From the NCBI GenBank assembly GCA_051306005.1, contig JBPPMJ010000002.1, positions 437 to 64,436 of the forward strand: a DNA stretch of 64,000 bases. The letters are read 5' to 3'. The translations under genes were made by a program, and so were the position numbers. The notes under the pieces are model-generated. The model was not told the DNA's origin, made no database searches, and saw only the letters and a program-made list of their open reading frames with translations. This stretch comes from Minisyncoccota bacterium. Lineage in GTDB: Bacteria > Patescibacteriota > Minisyncoccia > Moranbacterales > UBA1568. This document shows positions 1 to 7,490 of this stretch, piece after piece; positions within the stretch are counted from its first letter, which is position 1; each line of letters begins with the position of its first letter.

Positions 1-233
1 GCCATAACAAGCGGCTTGAGATAAGATGCTTTGATGGCATAATGAATGCTATGATCAACCGATACTAATCCGGCTTGTAAAAATCGTACGTTGGATTTCG
101 CTCGATCAAGCGAAACGCAAACAGTCGGCGAATATTGATCTAAAAGTATCTCGCTATACGGAACACCATCGACACACAGGATACCCTCTTGATACTCCAA
201 AAATCCAGAGAGGTTATAATGAGAGTTCTCCAT
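1..233 (-). CDS. PLP-dependent decarboxylase (diaminopimelate decarboxylase LysA-like), N-terminal part; gene continues past the window start
   Basis: My own minus-strand translation from the ATG at 231-233 gives MENSHYNLSGFLEYQEGILCVDGVPYSEILLDQYSPTVCV... This resembles the LysA/ODC N-terminal pattern (L.idGv...eL...ygTPlyVy). It is truncated by the window edge. Similarity judged by eye only. Confidence 0.35.
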   Translation of the reverse strand, partial: MENSHYNLSGFLEYQEGILCVDGVPYSEILLDQYSPTVCVSLDRAKSNVRFLQAGLVSVDHSIHYAIKASYLKPLVM

Positions 234-243
234 AATAAAAATT

Positions 244-1260
244 CTATACTGTCCCCGATTCAACTACAGAAACCTCTACGTCCATCTGATCTGCTCTTAC
301 TCTCGCTTGAACGCCTAGCGGTAAAGTTATCATAGGGGTTGTATGTCCAAAATCAACATCCGCCACAATCGGGATGCCGTATTTTTCTCCAAAAAACAGT
401 AAGATATCATCAAGAGTCCGTTCTTGTGAGTCGGTTGAAAACTGGTACGGCCTTCCAAAAATTATGCCGCGAATACGCTTGAAAATGCCTATTTGTTCAA
501 GATAAAATAATCTTCTTTCGGTGTAAGCTGTACCTTCTCCTTCATCTTCTAAAAAAAGTATCGCGTCCGTGAAATCAGGCATGAACTCTGTCCCTCCCAG
601 CATACATAAGGTATTCAGATTGCCTCCCATCAGGATGCCCTCAGCGTTTCCATAATTCACAGCACGCATGGGTTGCACTGCAGCAAGCTGGCTTGGACGA
701 CTATCTTCTGTCTCCCACCAAAGATTCTCGTCAGTAGATTCTCTGGCTGATTCCAATGTTCCAATCGGTTTATTGGAAAACAACGCTTTTTTAAAATAAT
801 CAGCTGTGAACTCATGGATACCCCCATACTCACCGAAAGTCGGCAGAACTGTTGGCCCATTAAAAGTAATGAGCCTGGCTTTATGCAAAATAGCATTATT
901 CAAAACAGTGATATCACTGTATCCGCAGAAAATTTTTGGATTCCTTCTCATCAAATCGTAGTCTAGCAGGGGCAGTACGGCATTCGCATTCAATCCGCCA
1001 GTAGAGCAGATGATCGCTTTCACGGAAGGGTCTACAAACATTGCATGGATATCATCGGCCCTCTCTTCCGGAGTTCCGGCATTATGTCCGAAAGACTTTT
1101 TTGCATTTTTAGCAATAACTACCCTAAGACTGAGTTTTTCAAGAGATTCGATACCACGCAACAGTCTTCTCGGAAAAACATTGATCGTGGAAGATGGGCT
1201 GACAATGCCGACTGTGTCACCAATGCTCAAATGGGATGGCTTGATATAATGTGTCATCAT
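244..1260 (-). CDS. LD-carboxypeptidase (peptidase S66, LdcA/MccF family)
   Basis: 338 aa. GYSDIT motif around the nucleophilic Ser and overall S66 layout (N-terminal IVSPSS, C-terminal His/Glu region). Standard length for this family. Confidence 0.8.
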   Translation of the reverse strand: MMTHYIKPSHLSIGDTVGIVSPSSTINVFPRRLLRGIESLEKLSLRVVIAKNAKKSFGHNAGTPEERADDIHAMFVDPSVKAIICSTGGLNANAVLPLLDYDLMRRNPKIFCGYSDITVLNNAILHKARLITFNGPTVLPTFGEYGGIHEFTADYFKKALFSNKPIGTLESARESTDENLWWETEDSRPSQLAAVQPMRAVNYGNAEGILMGGNLNTLCMLGGTEFMPDFTDAILFLEDEGEGTAYTERRLFYLEQIGIFKRIRGIIFGRPYQFSTDSQERTLDDILLFFGEKYGIPIVADVDFGHTTPMITLPLGVQARVRADQMDVEVSVVESGTV

Positions 1261-2090
1261 ACTCTCTCTGTTAAAAATAACTCCGTCTCGTCTTTTATAT
1301 CTCTTTTTTGATACAGCAATATCGAATAGCCCGCATACTTTAAATTCTCATTAAAAAGCGCGTAAAAATATGTCGCTCGATCCCTAATGTGACTCCTCTG
1401 CTCTTCAGTCAAATCGGAAAATTTTCCTTTCAATAAGATATCGACGTAGGATTCAATCTCGTTTTCAACATCCAGATATATATTGTCTTCCTCATAAAAA
1501 AATTCGAGTATTTGTGCATTCTTATCAGCAACAGTCTCAAACAAGGCTTTCCAGGATTTTTTGTCTCTGATTGTTAAAGGCGTTCCAATCGTCTCCGATA
1601 CTTTCTCAACAACATCCTTCGGCGGAGTTTCTCGGTAATAGATAGGAACAACCGCAAGAATGCCGCCAGGCTTCAAAACCCGAAAATATTCGGAAATCGC
1701 TTTCTCTTTATCGGATATAAAAGAAGTGACATTACTGCACCAGACCAAATCAAAAGCATTATCTTCAAACGGAAGCTTAATAGCATCAGCCTTCAAGAAA
1801 GCAACTCTCTCATAAACCCCCTGGGCTTTAGCATATGCTCTCGCTTCAGTAATAGATGTTTCATTTACGTCTACCCCGACTACCCCGCAGCCAGTCAAAA
1901 GACTAAGATTCACGCTCGTAAATCCAGTATTGCTCCCAATCTCAAGTACTCTTCTGGAAGGATTTATAAAAGCATTGACTGCAACAGAATGTACGGTCTT
2001 TATACCTCCAGATGGTCGATTTCTCTCTTTGATAAAACCAACAAATTCAGAATAATTCATTTGCTCAATATTCTGTACCATATGATTCAT
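1257..2090 (-). CDS. Class I SAM-dependent methyltransferase
   Basis: VLEIGSNTGFTSVNL...GVDVNE glycine-rich SAM-binding motif I, acidic motif II (VVGVDVNE), LKPGGIL motif. 4-nt overlap with the upstream gene. Confidence 0.75.
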   Translation of the reverse strand: MNHMVQNIEQMNYSEFVGFIKERNRPSGGIKTVHSVAVNAFINPSRRVLEIGSNTGFTSVNLSLLTGCGVVGVDVNETSITEARAYAKAQGVYERVAFLKADAIKLPFEDNAFDLVWCSNVTSFISDKEKAISEYFRVLKPGGILAVVPIYYRETPPKDVVEKVSETIGTPLTIRDKKSWKALFETVADKNAQILEFFYEEDNIYLDVENEIESYVDILLKGKFSDLTEEQRSHIRDRATYFYALFNENLKYAGYSILLYQKRDIKDETELFLTERV

Positions 2091-2099
2091 GATATATAT

Positions 2100-3257
2100 T
2101 TACGGTTTAGGGAGATGATGTCCGCGTGGAATATGAGTCGCTTCCCATATATATGGCAACTGCAATACCCATTGCACATACCGCTGCCATCCGAGACCGA
2201 AACCAGAAGTTTTTTGGTAATCCTCCTGAAGCCTCGTCTGAATATACGGATCATAGTCTCCCGTCGGCAGGTTGAATGCCTTTGCCTTCTCCCTCAGTGC
2301 TTCCGGACTTGAGATGCGACTTCCGCTACCGACTGTCTCGCGATAGCCACACAAGATGAAATCCGCATTCTCGGCAAGCGGAACACCGCCCTCATCCCCT
2401 TCAAGTTCGTTATGGTAGAAAGGAATCTGCAAAAGCGGAAATTTCGTCACAATGACGTGTTTACCGAATATCTCCGTAAGCTTTATTTCTTCCCATGCAC
2501 CGAAGTTTTTTAGACTGAACTCCTTGTACATATCATCTCCCGTTTCCTTATGGAGAGCTTCAAGCGCATCCTTGAAGGTGATTGTAATGATATTTCCCTC
2601 TGAAAAAGCCTCTGTGAGCTCTTCTACCTTTGCATCGCCAATAAAATATCTCAAACTTTTCCTCTCGTTATCCGTGAGGTATTTCGTAATATAACGCACG
2701 AGGCCAAGAAAAATATCGATATTCTGGTCGAAAGAAACTTTTCCCTCGAATTCGATGTGCTGAAATTCCGAAAGGTGACAAAAGTCTGCTTTTTCTTTTC
2801 TGAACGAATTGTATATAGAAAAAACCTTATCGATGTTCTGTGTCAAAAGTCTCAACTCGAGATAGAATTGTGAACTTTCCGAAAGGAAAATATTCCGCTC
2901 ATTGTCGAACCACGATATGTCGACTGGAAGCGTATCAGTCGTATAATCTAGCGTTTTTCCAGCATACACTTCCCCCGGAGATGAAATCATGAGCGTCGTA
3001 AGAGGGAGATTGCACCACTCAGCACCGATCGATCGGAAGTATTCCACTGCTCCGAAAAATATCCCGTTGTCTATCTTGTGGAGATGATAAAAATATTCCG
3101 GATCCTGAAAAATCTTCGCAATCCTTCCCGTCGTGATCTCTTCGTTGAAATCGGATTCTTTGACATTTTCAATTGGTTGAAAAACGCTATTACCGTTATA
3201 CTTGATCCGCTTCTTGCCGTCATCAGATAGAGCTGAATACAGGCCAAGATTATTCAT
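2100..3257 (-). CDS. Class II aminoacyl-tRNA-synthetase-like catalytic-domain protein (AsnRS/AspRS/AsnA family); likely start at the internal Met, because the ORF-track N-terminus reads through an intergenic repeat
   Basis: Motif 2-like SFRKEKADFCHLSEFQHIEFEG (fRxE...HxxEFxxxE) and motif 3-like GFGLGWQRYVQWVL. No N-terminal OB/anticodon-binding domain is visible in about 386 aa. The ORF-track start at 3428 translates the repeat at 3316-3390, so I trimmed to the ATG at 3255-3257. Confidence 0.6.
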   Translation of the reverse strand: MNNLGLYSALSDDGKKRIKYNGNSVFQPIENVKESDFNEEITTGRIAKIFQDPEYFYHLHKIDNGIFFGAVEYFRSIGAEWCNLPLTTLMISSPGEVYAGKTLDYTTDTLPVDISWFDNERNIFLSESSQFYLELRLLTQNIDKVFSIYNSFRKEKADFCHLSEFQHIEFEGKVSFDQNIDIFLGLVRYITKYLTDNERKSLRYFIGDAKVEELTEAFSEGNIITITFKDALEALHKETGDDMYKEFSLKNFGAWEEIKLTEIFGKHVIVTKFPLLQIPFYHNELEGDEGGVPLAENADFILCGYRETVGSGSRISSPEALREKAKAFNLPTGDYDPYIQTRLQEDYQKTSGFGLGWQRYVQWVLQLPYIWEATHIPRGHHLPKP

Positions 3258-3315
3258 ATTGATACTATTGATAAAAAATTTCCTTATTGAAAGAAAAAAA
3301 ACGCTACATTCCGTG

Positions 3316-3390
3316 GCGATTTTTCCCTTCCCTCTGGCCTTCCCCACGGATGGGAAACAGTCACTTGAGAAATACTGATGTTGGCTCCGC
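3316..3390 (-). repeat. About 75-nt diverged copy (mostly transitions; roughly 80% identity by eye, not computed) of the tRNA-Asn 3' trailer, ending in a 9-nt remnant of the tRNA-Asn 3' end (TGGCTCCGC); homologous to 14773-14858
   Basis: Aligned by eye: cacggatgggaaacagtcacttgagaaatactgatgttggctccgc here against cacggataggaaaccggtcacttgagaaatactgatgttggctccggcg immediately 3' of tRNA-Asn. Confidence 0.6.
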
Positions 3391-3511
3391 TTGCTGAACA
3401 CTATTAGAACTTCTATACAGGAAAACAAGAAATCAAAGTTCTACTACTTCGGACTCAAAAACTTCCTTACTCAACACGTGTAAGTTTTACCCCATCCTGC
3501 TCTACACTATT
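3385..3511 (-). repeat. About 125-nt conserved intergenic element, copy 1 of 2 (second copy 7355-7483), with a conserved hairpin with a CUGUAUA loop and covarying stem
   Basis: Shared blocks ctgaacactattagaacYtctatacagga ... caaagttctactactt ... gtgtaa..tttacccc. Stem cctc/gagg in copy 2 against (c)ttc/gaa(a) in copy 1 suggests compensatory change. Confidence 0.55.
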
Positions 3512-4003
3512 GTTCAAAGCCAGTTTTATCTTCTCTGAAAACTCGCTTGGGCTGAAACTTCCGTGATTTTCCAGTCTCAACAGTGGTACTCTCGCCTCAC
3601 GAAGAATGCGCTCCACTTCTTCATCGCGTTCTATTCTTTCTGGACGCTTATGCGACTTGTCATCAAGTTCGATGGCAAGTTTTGGTGAAAGATACGTCTT
3701 GTCGCATAGAACAAAATCAACTGACTTCTCGCTGATATGACGGAACGCACCGTGCCAATTCTGTCCGACAACCTTGCTGTCCACCAATGTAGGGAGATGC
3801 ACTTGAGCGAAAATCCGATATTCCTGTCCAACCGCTTCTACCAGAGTATCGTAGCATTTGTGTTCGGCTCGAGTAAGGAAAAAATCTTTGTGCTTATATT
3901 GATACTTCGCCTTTACTTTCATATTTCCAAGCTTCCCGCGCACGATACCAAATATCAAAACAATGAGGGCTACACTGCCGAAAAGAATATAGAGATTTTT
4001 CAT
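3467..4003 (-). CDS. DUF2726-domain protein (predicted PD-(D/E)xK-like nuclease fold), N-terminal membrane anchor
   Basis: 178 aa. N-terminal TM helix (LYILFGSVALIVLIFGIV). The AEHKCYDTLVEAVGQEYRIFAQVHL...DFVLCDK...IELDDKSH core is typical of DUF2726. Confidence 0.55.
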   Translation of the reverse strand: MKNLYILFGSVALIVLIFGIVRGKLGNMKVKAKYQYKHKDFFLTRAEHKCYDTLVEAVGQEYRIFAQVHLPTLVDSKVVGQNWHGAFRHISEKSVDFVLCDKTYLSPKLAIELDDKSHKRPERIERDEEVERILREARVPLLRLENHGSFSPSEFSEKIKLALNNSVEQDGVKLTRVE

Positions 4004-4217
4004 AGATTTTTTATTATATTTAAAGACTGGTTCGGGTTCGCTTTCAGGTCAATGAGTATGAACTTGTCCAAAGCTCCCTTTTCAATCAAGGCGTTATGAT
4101 ATGATTTCTAAAAATTGAGCTCTACAGTCTTATCAGAATTTTGATTACTGTGAAAAACTCATTCAAAAATTTCTTAGCAAATAAAAAGGCCTACATTGGG
4201 TTAATTTTTTATCCTTA

Positions 4218-4754
4218 TTACAATAACTTTAGAAAGTCTAATCCCAAGTAACCCACTTCAACATCCGTCATTTCTCCACTACGGAGTATCTCTCTAAATT
4301 CTTCAATGGTTTTGGTAACAATCTCTACATACTCCCCTTCGTCAAGTTTTTGTTCAGAAGTCTCCTTACAATCAGTTGCGACAAAACAATAACGAAGCAT
4401 GGTTGAGTAAGCATCGTCAGAGCACGTGCCTACAAATTGGATATTTCCTTCATAACCAGTTTCTTCTTTAAGTTCTCGTGCTGCTGAAAATTCTGGCTTT
4501 TCGTTGGCATCTAAATATCCTCCTGGAAGCTCATAGAACACTTTCTGAGGACCGGGACGAAATTGCTTCGCAAGAATAACATTTTTCTCTACATCTAAAG
4601 CCAGTACCGCTACCGCCGGACCTTCTTTTTTAATATAGAAATCGCTTTCTTTTCCATCAGGTAACTCAAATATCACTTTTTCAATTTTTCGGCTATATTT
4701 TTGAAATGCTATTTCACGCGACATTTCAATCCATTCCTTCTTTTTTTCTACCAT
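4218..4754 (-). CDS. NUDIX hydrolase
   Basis: Nudix box ELPGGYLDANEKPEFSAARELKEETGY (GX5EX7REUXEEXGU). Confidence 0.8.
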   Translation of the reverse strand: MVEKKKEWIEMSREIAFQKYSRKIEKVIFELPDGKESDFYIKKEGPAVAVLALDVEKNVILAKQFRPGPQKVFYELPGGYLDANEKPEFSAARELKEETGYEGNIQFVGTCSDDAYSTMLRYCFVATDCKETSEQKLDEGEYVEIVTKTIEEFREILRSGEMTDVEVGYLGLDFLKLL

Positions 4755-4912
4755 AAAATTTCTTGACTATACTATCAATCTAGCAGAAAATAAGTAAAAA
4801 GAAAAGAACATTATTATATAATTGTACAACGATGTTTTTTATTTTTTGTAAAAACGACCTTATAACTATCCTCAAAATCCGTGCATCTTCTCTAAAACCC
4901 ACGTTCAAACAA

Positions 4913-5173
4913 AGTGAGGCATTTTCCTTTCAGATCGCAACTGACAATCAGGAAGAGACGGATCGTTATTGGAACGCGATCGTCGAAAATGGCGGTCAGG
5001 AAAGTGAGTGTGGTTGGTGCAAGGACCGCTGGGGAATATCCTGGCAAATCACGCCACGCACGCTGACTGACGCCCTTGCAGCTGGTGGAGCTGAAGCAAA
5101 ACGCGCTTTCGAAGCGATGATGCCCATGGGAAAAATCGATGTCGCCGCTATTGAAGCAGCTCGGCGGGACTAA
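4913..5173 (+). pseudogene. C-terminal ~85-aa fragment of a PhnB-like/VOC-superfamily protein (PF06983-type); N-terminal ~70 aa missing; GC-rich relative to surroundings
   Basis: AFSFQIATDNQEETDRYWNAIVENGGQESECGWCKDRWGISWQITPRTL...MPMGKIDVAAIEAA matches the conserved C-terminal half (..EEvD.yW..L..GG.e..CGWlKDkfGvSWQIvP...KID...l) of ~155-aa PhnB-like proteins. About 4950-5180 is visibly GC-rich, and the antisense frame is also open. Confidence 0.55.
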
Positions 5174-5286
5174 GACCGCCCACCGACTCAAGATTCTAGC
5201 ATCCTCTCTGAGATAATAACGGGTATTAAACCCGATTTTACCGGCACTCGCTCGGAAACGAAAGTAAACTTTCGCTTCACTCACTT

Positions 5287-5316
5287 CGTTTGGTAATAAA
5301 AAGAGGCTCATGTAAG
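5287..5316. terminator. Bidirectional intrinsic terminator between the convergent PhnB fragment and ddl
   Basis: aaaaaGAGGCTcatgtaAGCCTCtttttt: a 6-bp GC-rich stem with A-run and T-run flanks. Confidence 0.6.
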
Positions 5317-5374
5317 CCTCTTTTTTCAATGCTCCGAGCAATGGAAGAAGTTCGAACCGCGTTCATAAAACCCA

Positions 5375-6412
5375 TTACTTCCGACGAAGTGCCGTCGCGA
5401 TGAGTTCATCAAGCACATCGCTCGTATTCATCCCGGTCGCTTCCCAAAGTTTCGGGTACATACTGATCGATGTAAAGCCCGGCAAAGTGTTTATCTCATT
5501 CACGAAAATATCCAATGATTCCGTAACGAAGAAATCCACACGAGCCAAACCGGAGCACTCCAATGCTCGGAAAACACTCACGGAAAGTTCCTTTATCTTC
5601 TCTATTGTTCTTTCTGGAAGATCGGCCGGTATCTGCAACTTCGCACCCTCCGGATCAAGATACTTGGCGTCGTAGGAATAGAATTCATGCAACGGAATAA
5701 CCTCGCCCGGAAGCGATGCCTGAATGCCGTTTTTCCCTTCAAGTACCGAGCATTCTATCTCTCGACCGACTATGGTTTTCTCAAAAAGAATTTTGCAGTC
5801 ATTCTGAAAAGCGTCTTTCACAGCTTGCGGAAATTCTTCAACCGAATGTACCTTGGTGATGCCGACCGATGACCCGAGCGAGGCTGGTTTCACGAAAAAC
5901 GGTACACCGAGCGACTTAGCAATCGTTTCAAAATCGACATCATCACCCCTTCTCGCGACCAAATATTCTCCGATCGAAATACCTTCCACGGAAAGCAGTC
6001 GCTTCATCACTTCCTTGTCCATACCCAAGGCCGATCCAAGAACTCCCGAACCGACATACGGAAGATGCATCATCTCCAGAAGCCCCTGAAGCGACCCATC
6101 CTCACCATAAGTGCCGTGAATAATCGGAAAAGCAACATTTGCCGAAAAAATCTTTTTATCTGACAAAGAAATAAAATGCCCTTCTTGACCGAAAACGGGA
6201 GCGATTTCATCCAGCTCACCATCCTTTCCACTCTCGGAAAAATTCGGAAAGCCGTCCGGGCAGCGGAACCATTTCCCCTCTTTCGTCACATACACAGGAA
6301 TGACCGCATATCTTTGAATGAGATTTTCAAAAATGCTCTGAGCGGAGCGGATCGAAACCTCGTACTCGACCGATTGACCGCCGAAGATCAACATTATGGA
6401 AAGTTTGTTCAT
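5375..6412 (-). CDS. ddl: D-alanine--D-alanine ligase
   Basis: 345 aa. N-terminal LIFGGQSVEYEVS, ATP-grasp core, C-terminal EINTLPGFTSISMYPKLWEATG; canonical Ddl. Confidence 0.9.
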   Translation of the reverse strand: MNKLSIMLIFGGQSVEYEVSIRSAQSIFENLIQRYAVIPVYVTKEGKWFRCPDGFPNFSESGKDGELDEIAPVFGQEGHFISLSDKKIFSANVAFPIIHGTYGEDGSLQGLLEMMHLPYVGSGVLGSALGMDKEVMKRLLSVEGISIGEYLVARRGDDVDFETIAKSLGVPFFVKPASLGSSVGITKVHSVEEFPQAVKDAFQNDCKILFEKTIVGREIECSVLEGKNGIQASLPGEVIPLHEFYSYDAKYLDPEGAKLQIPADLPERTIEKIKELSVSVFRALECSGLARVDFFVTESLDIFVNEINTLPGFTSISMYPKLWEATGMNTSDVLDELIATALRRK

Positions 6413-6432
6413 AATATATAAAGTATATAAAA

Positions 6433-6470
6433 AGACGGATATCTGCAGGAAATTCTAGCAGTACCCGTCT
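6433..6470. terminator. Hairpin with flanking A/T runs between ddl and the dipeptidase gene
   Basis: AGACGG-(26 nt)-CCGTCT followed by tcttttttt on the plus strand, and by ttttatata on the minus strand. Confidence 0.35.
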
Positions 6471-6502
6471 GAGTTGTCCATCTTTTTTTCAACATTGGAT
6501 CC

Positions 6503-7345
6503 TTATTTAGTCCAATGGTCTCCCAACAAACGATCTTCATGAGTCATTTCCGGTGGCTCTGCAACAGAATATATCGCCGCACCACCCGTCACCAGAGCAT
6601 CCATTTGATTTCCAGAGTTATAGTGCCATATTTCAGGTCCATAAGCGGAGAATCCCGCTCGCGTCATAGCATCCAAGAGGATGTTTCTGTGTAACGAAAC
6701 TGCACGGTCATTGCCGGGGAATCTCTTTCTCCTTAGTTTCAAATGATAAAACGCTCCTGAATTCTCCTCCATCCAGTCAAATGGAACGCCCAGTGTAACC
6801 GGGGATCCATTTTTATATAGCCAGACATCAACGGATCCGCCCGTAAGATGAGGACTTGGTTGCATTGGATCATCCGAAGGCCAGCTTACGTACGAACGAT
6901 TAGCCTGCTTCAACATTTCCCGAGTCGGCGGAGACAATCCATCAAACACTGCTTTGATTTCATCTGCCGTTACCGCTTCCTTGAAAATTCCCTCCAAATG
7001 AAACTTGGAAACGGTGAATTTCTTCAGGTAAGTCCAGAAAAGATTCTCTTGAACCGACACTGGTCTCCATCCATCGTACACATGCAAATCGAAGCCTTGC
7101 TGTTGCACAATACTTCTTGCAACAAGAAATTTATCCAGTACCGACTTCCGCAAAAAGATCCGGAAATCATCGGTAAGCGACATTTCAACAGCGTAAAATG
7201 GATAACAGAGCAATCGATCGACTTGAACAAGCGGTTCTTCACTTTCTTTTATCGGAATATTCCGCCAGTCACCACGAAAACGGTATGCGGAAAGTGTTTT
7301 GAAACGAATCAATTGAGCTTTAAGCCCCAATACAATTCTGTTCAT
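6503..7345 (-). CDS. Peptidase M15 family D-Ala-D-Ala dipeptidase/carboxypeptidase (VanX/VanY-like)
   Basis: SxHxxGxAxD-type zinc motif (HLTGGSVDVW) and YDGWRP..VQ. Start trimmed to MNRIVLGL (ATG 7343-7345), which has a GGAGG Shine-Dalgarno 8 nt upstream. The ORF-track start lies inside the repeat element. Confidence 0.65.
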   Translation of the reverse strand: MNRIVLGLKAQLIRFKTLSAYRFRGDWRNIPIKESEEPLVQVDRLLCYPFYAVEMSLTDDFRIFLRKSVLDKFLVARSIVQQQGFDLHVYDGWRPVSVQENLFWTYLKKFTVSKFHLEGIFKEAVTADEIKAVFDGLSPPTREMLKQANRSYVSWPSDDPMQPSPHLTGGSVDVWLYKNGSPVTLGVPFDWMEENSGAFYHLKLRRKRFPGNDRAVSLHRNILLDAMTRAGFSAYGPEIWHYNSGNQMDALVTGGAAIYSVAEPPEMTHEDRLLGDHWTK

Positions 7346-7354
7346 GGTTAAACT

Positions 7355-7483
7355 CCTCCGCCTACTGAACACTATTAGAACCTCTATACAGGAGGATAAA
7401 GCCTCAAAGTTCTACTACTTTAGCTTGAAAAGGTTTATGGAACAAGGTGTGTAAAACTTACCCCACCCCGCTATTCACTATAG
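7355..7483 (-). repeat. About 125-nt conserved intergenic element, copy 2 (see 3385-3511); sits between the Fic stop and the dipeptidase start
   Basis: Same blocks as copy 1: ctgaacactattagaacctctatacaggagg ... cctcaaagttctactactt ... gtgtaaaacttacccc. Confidence 0.55.
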
Positions 7484-7490
7484 TAAAACA

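Noticed and set aside
4892-5341. 149-aa minus-strand ORF overlapping the PhnB fragment and the bidirectional terminator
   Set aside because: It is the antisense frame of a GC-rich segment, where stop codons are depleted, and runs through an intrinsic terminator hairpin. It has no recognisable motifs.
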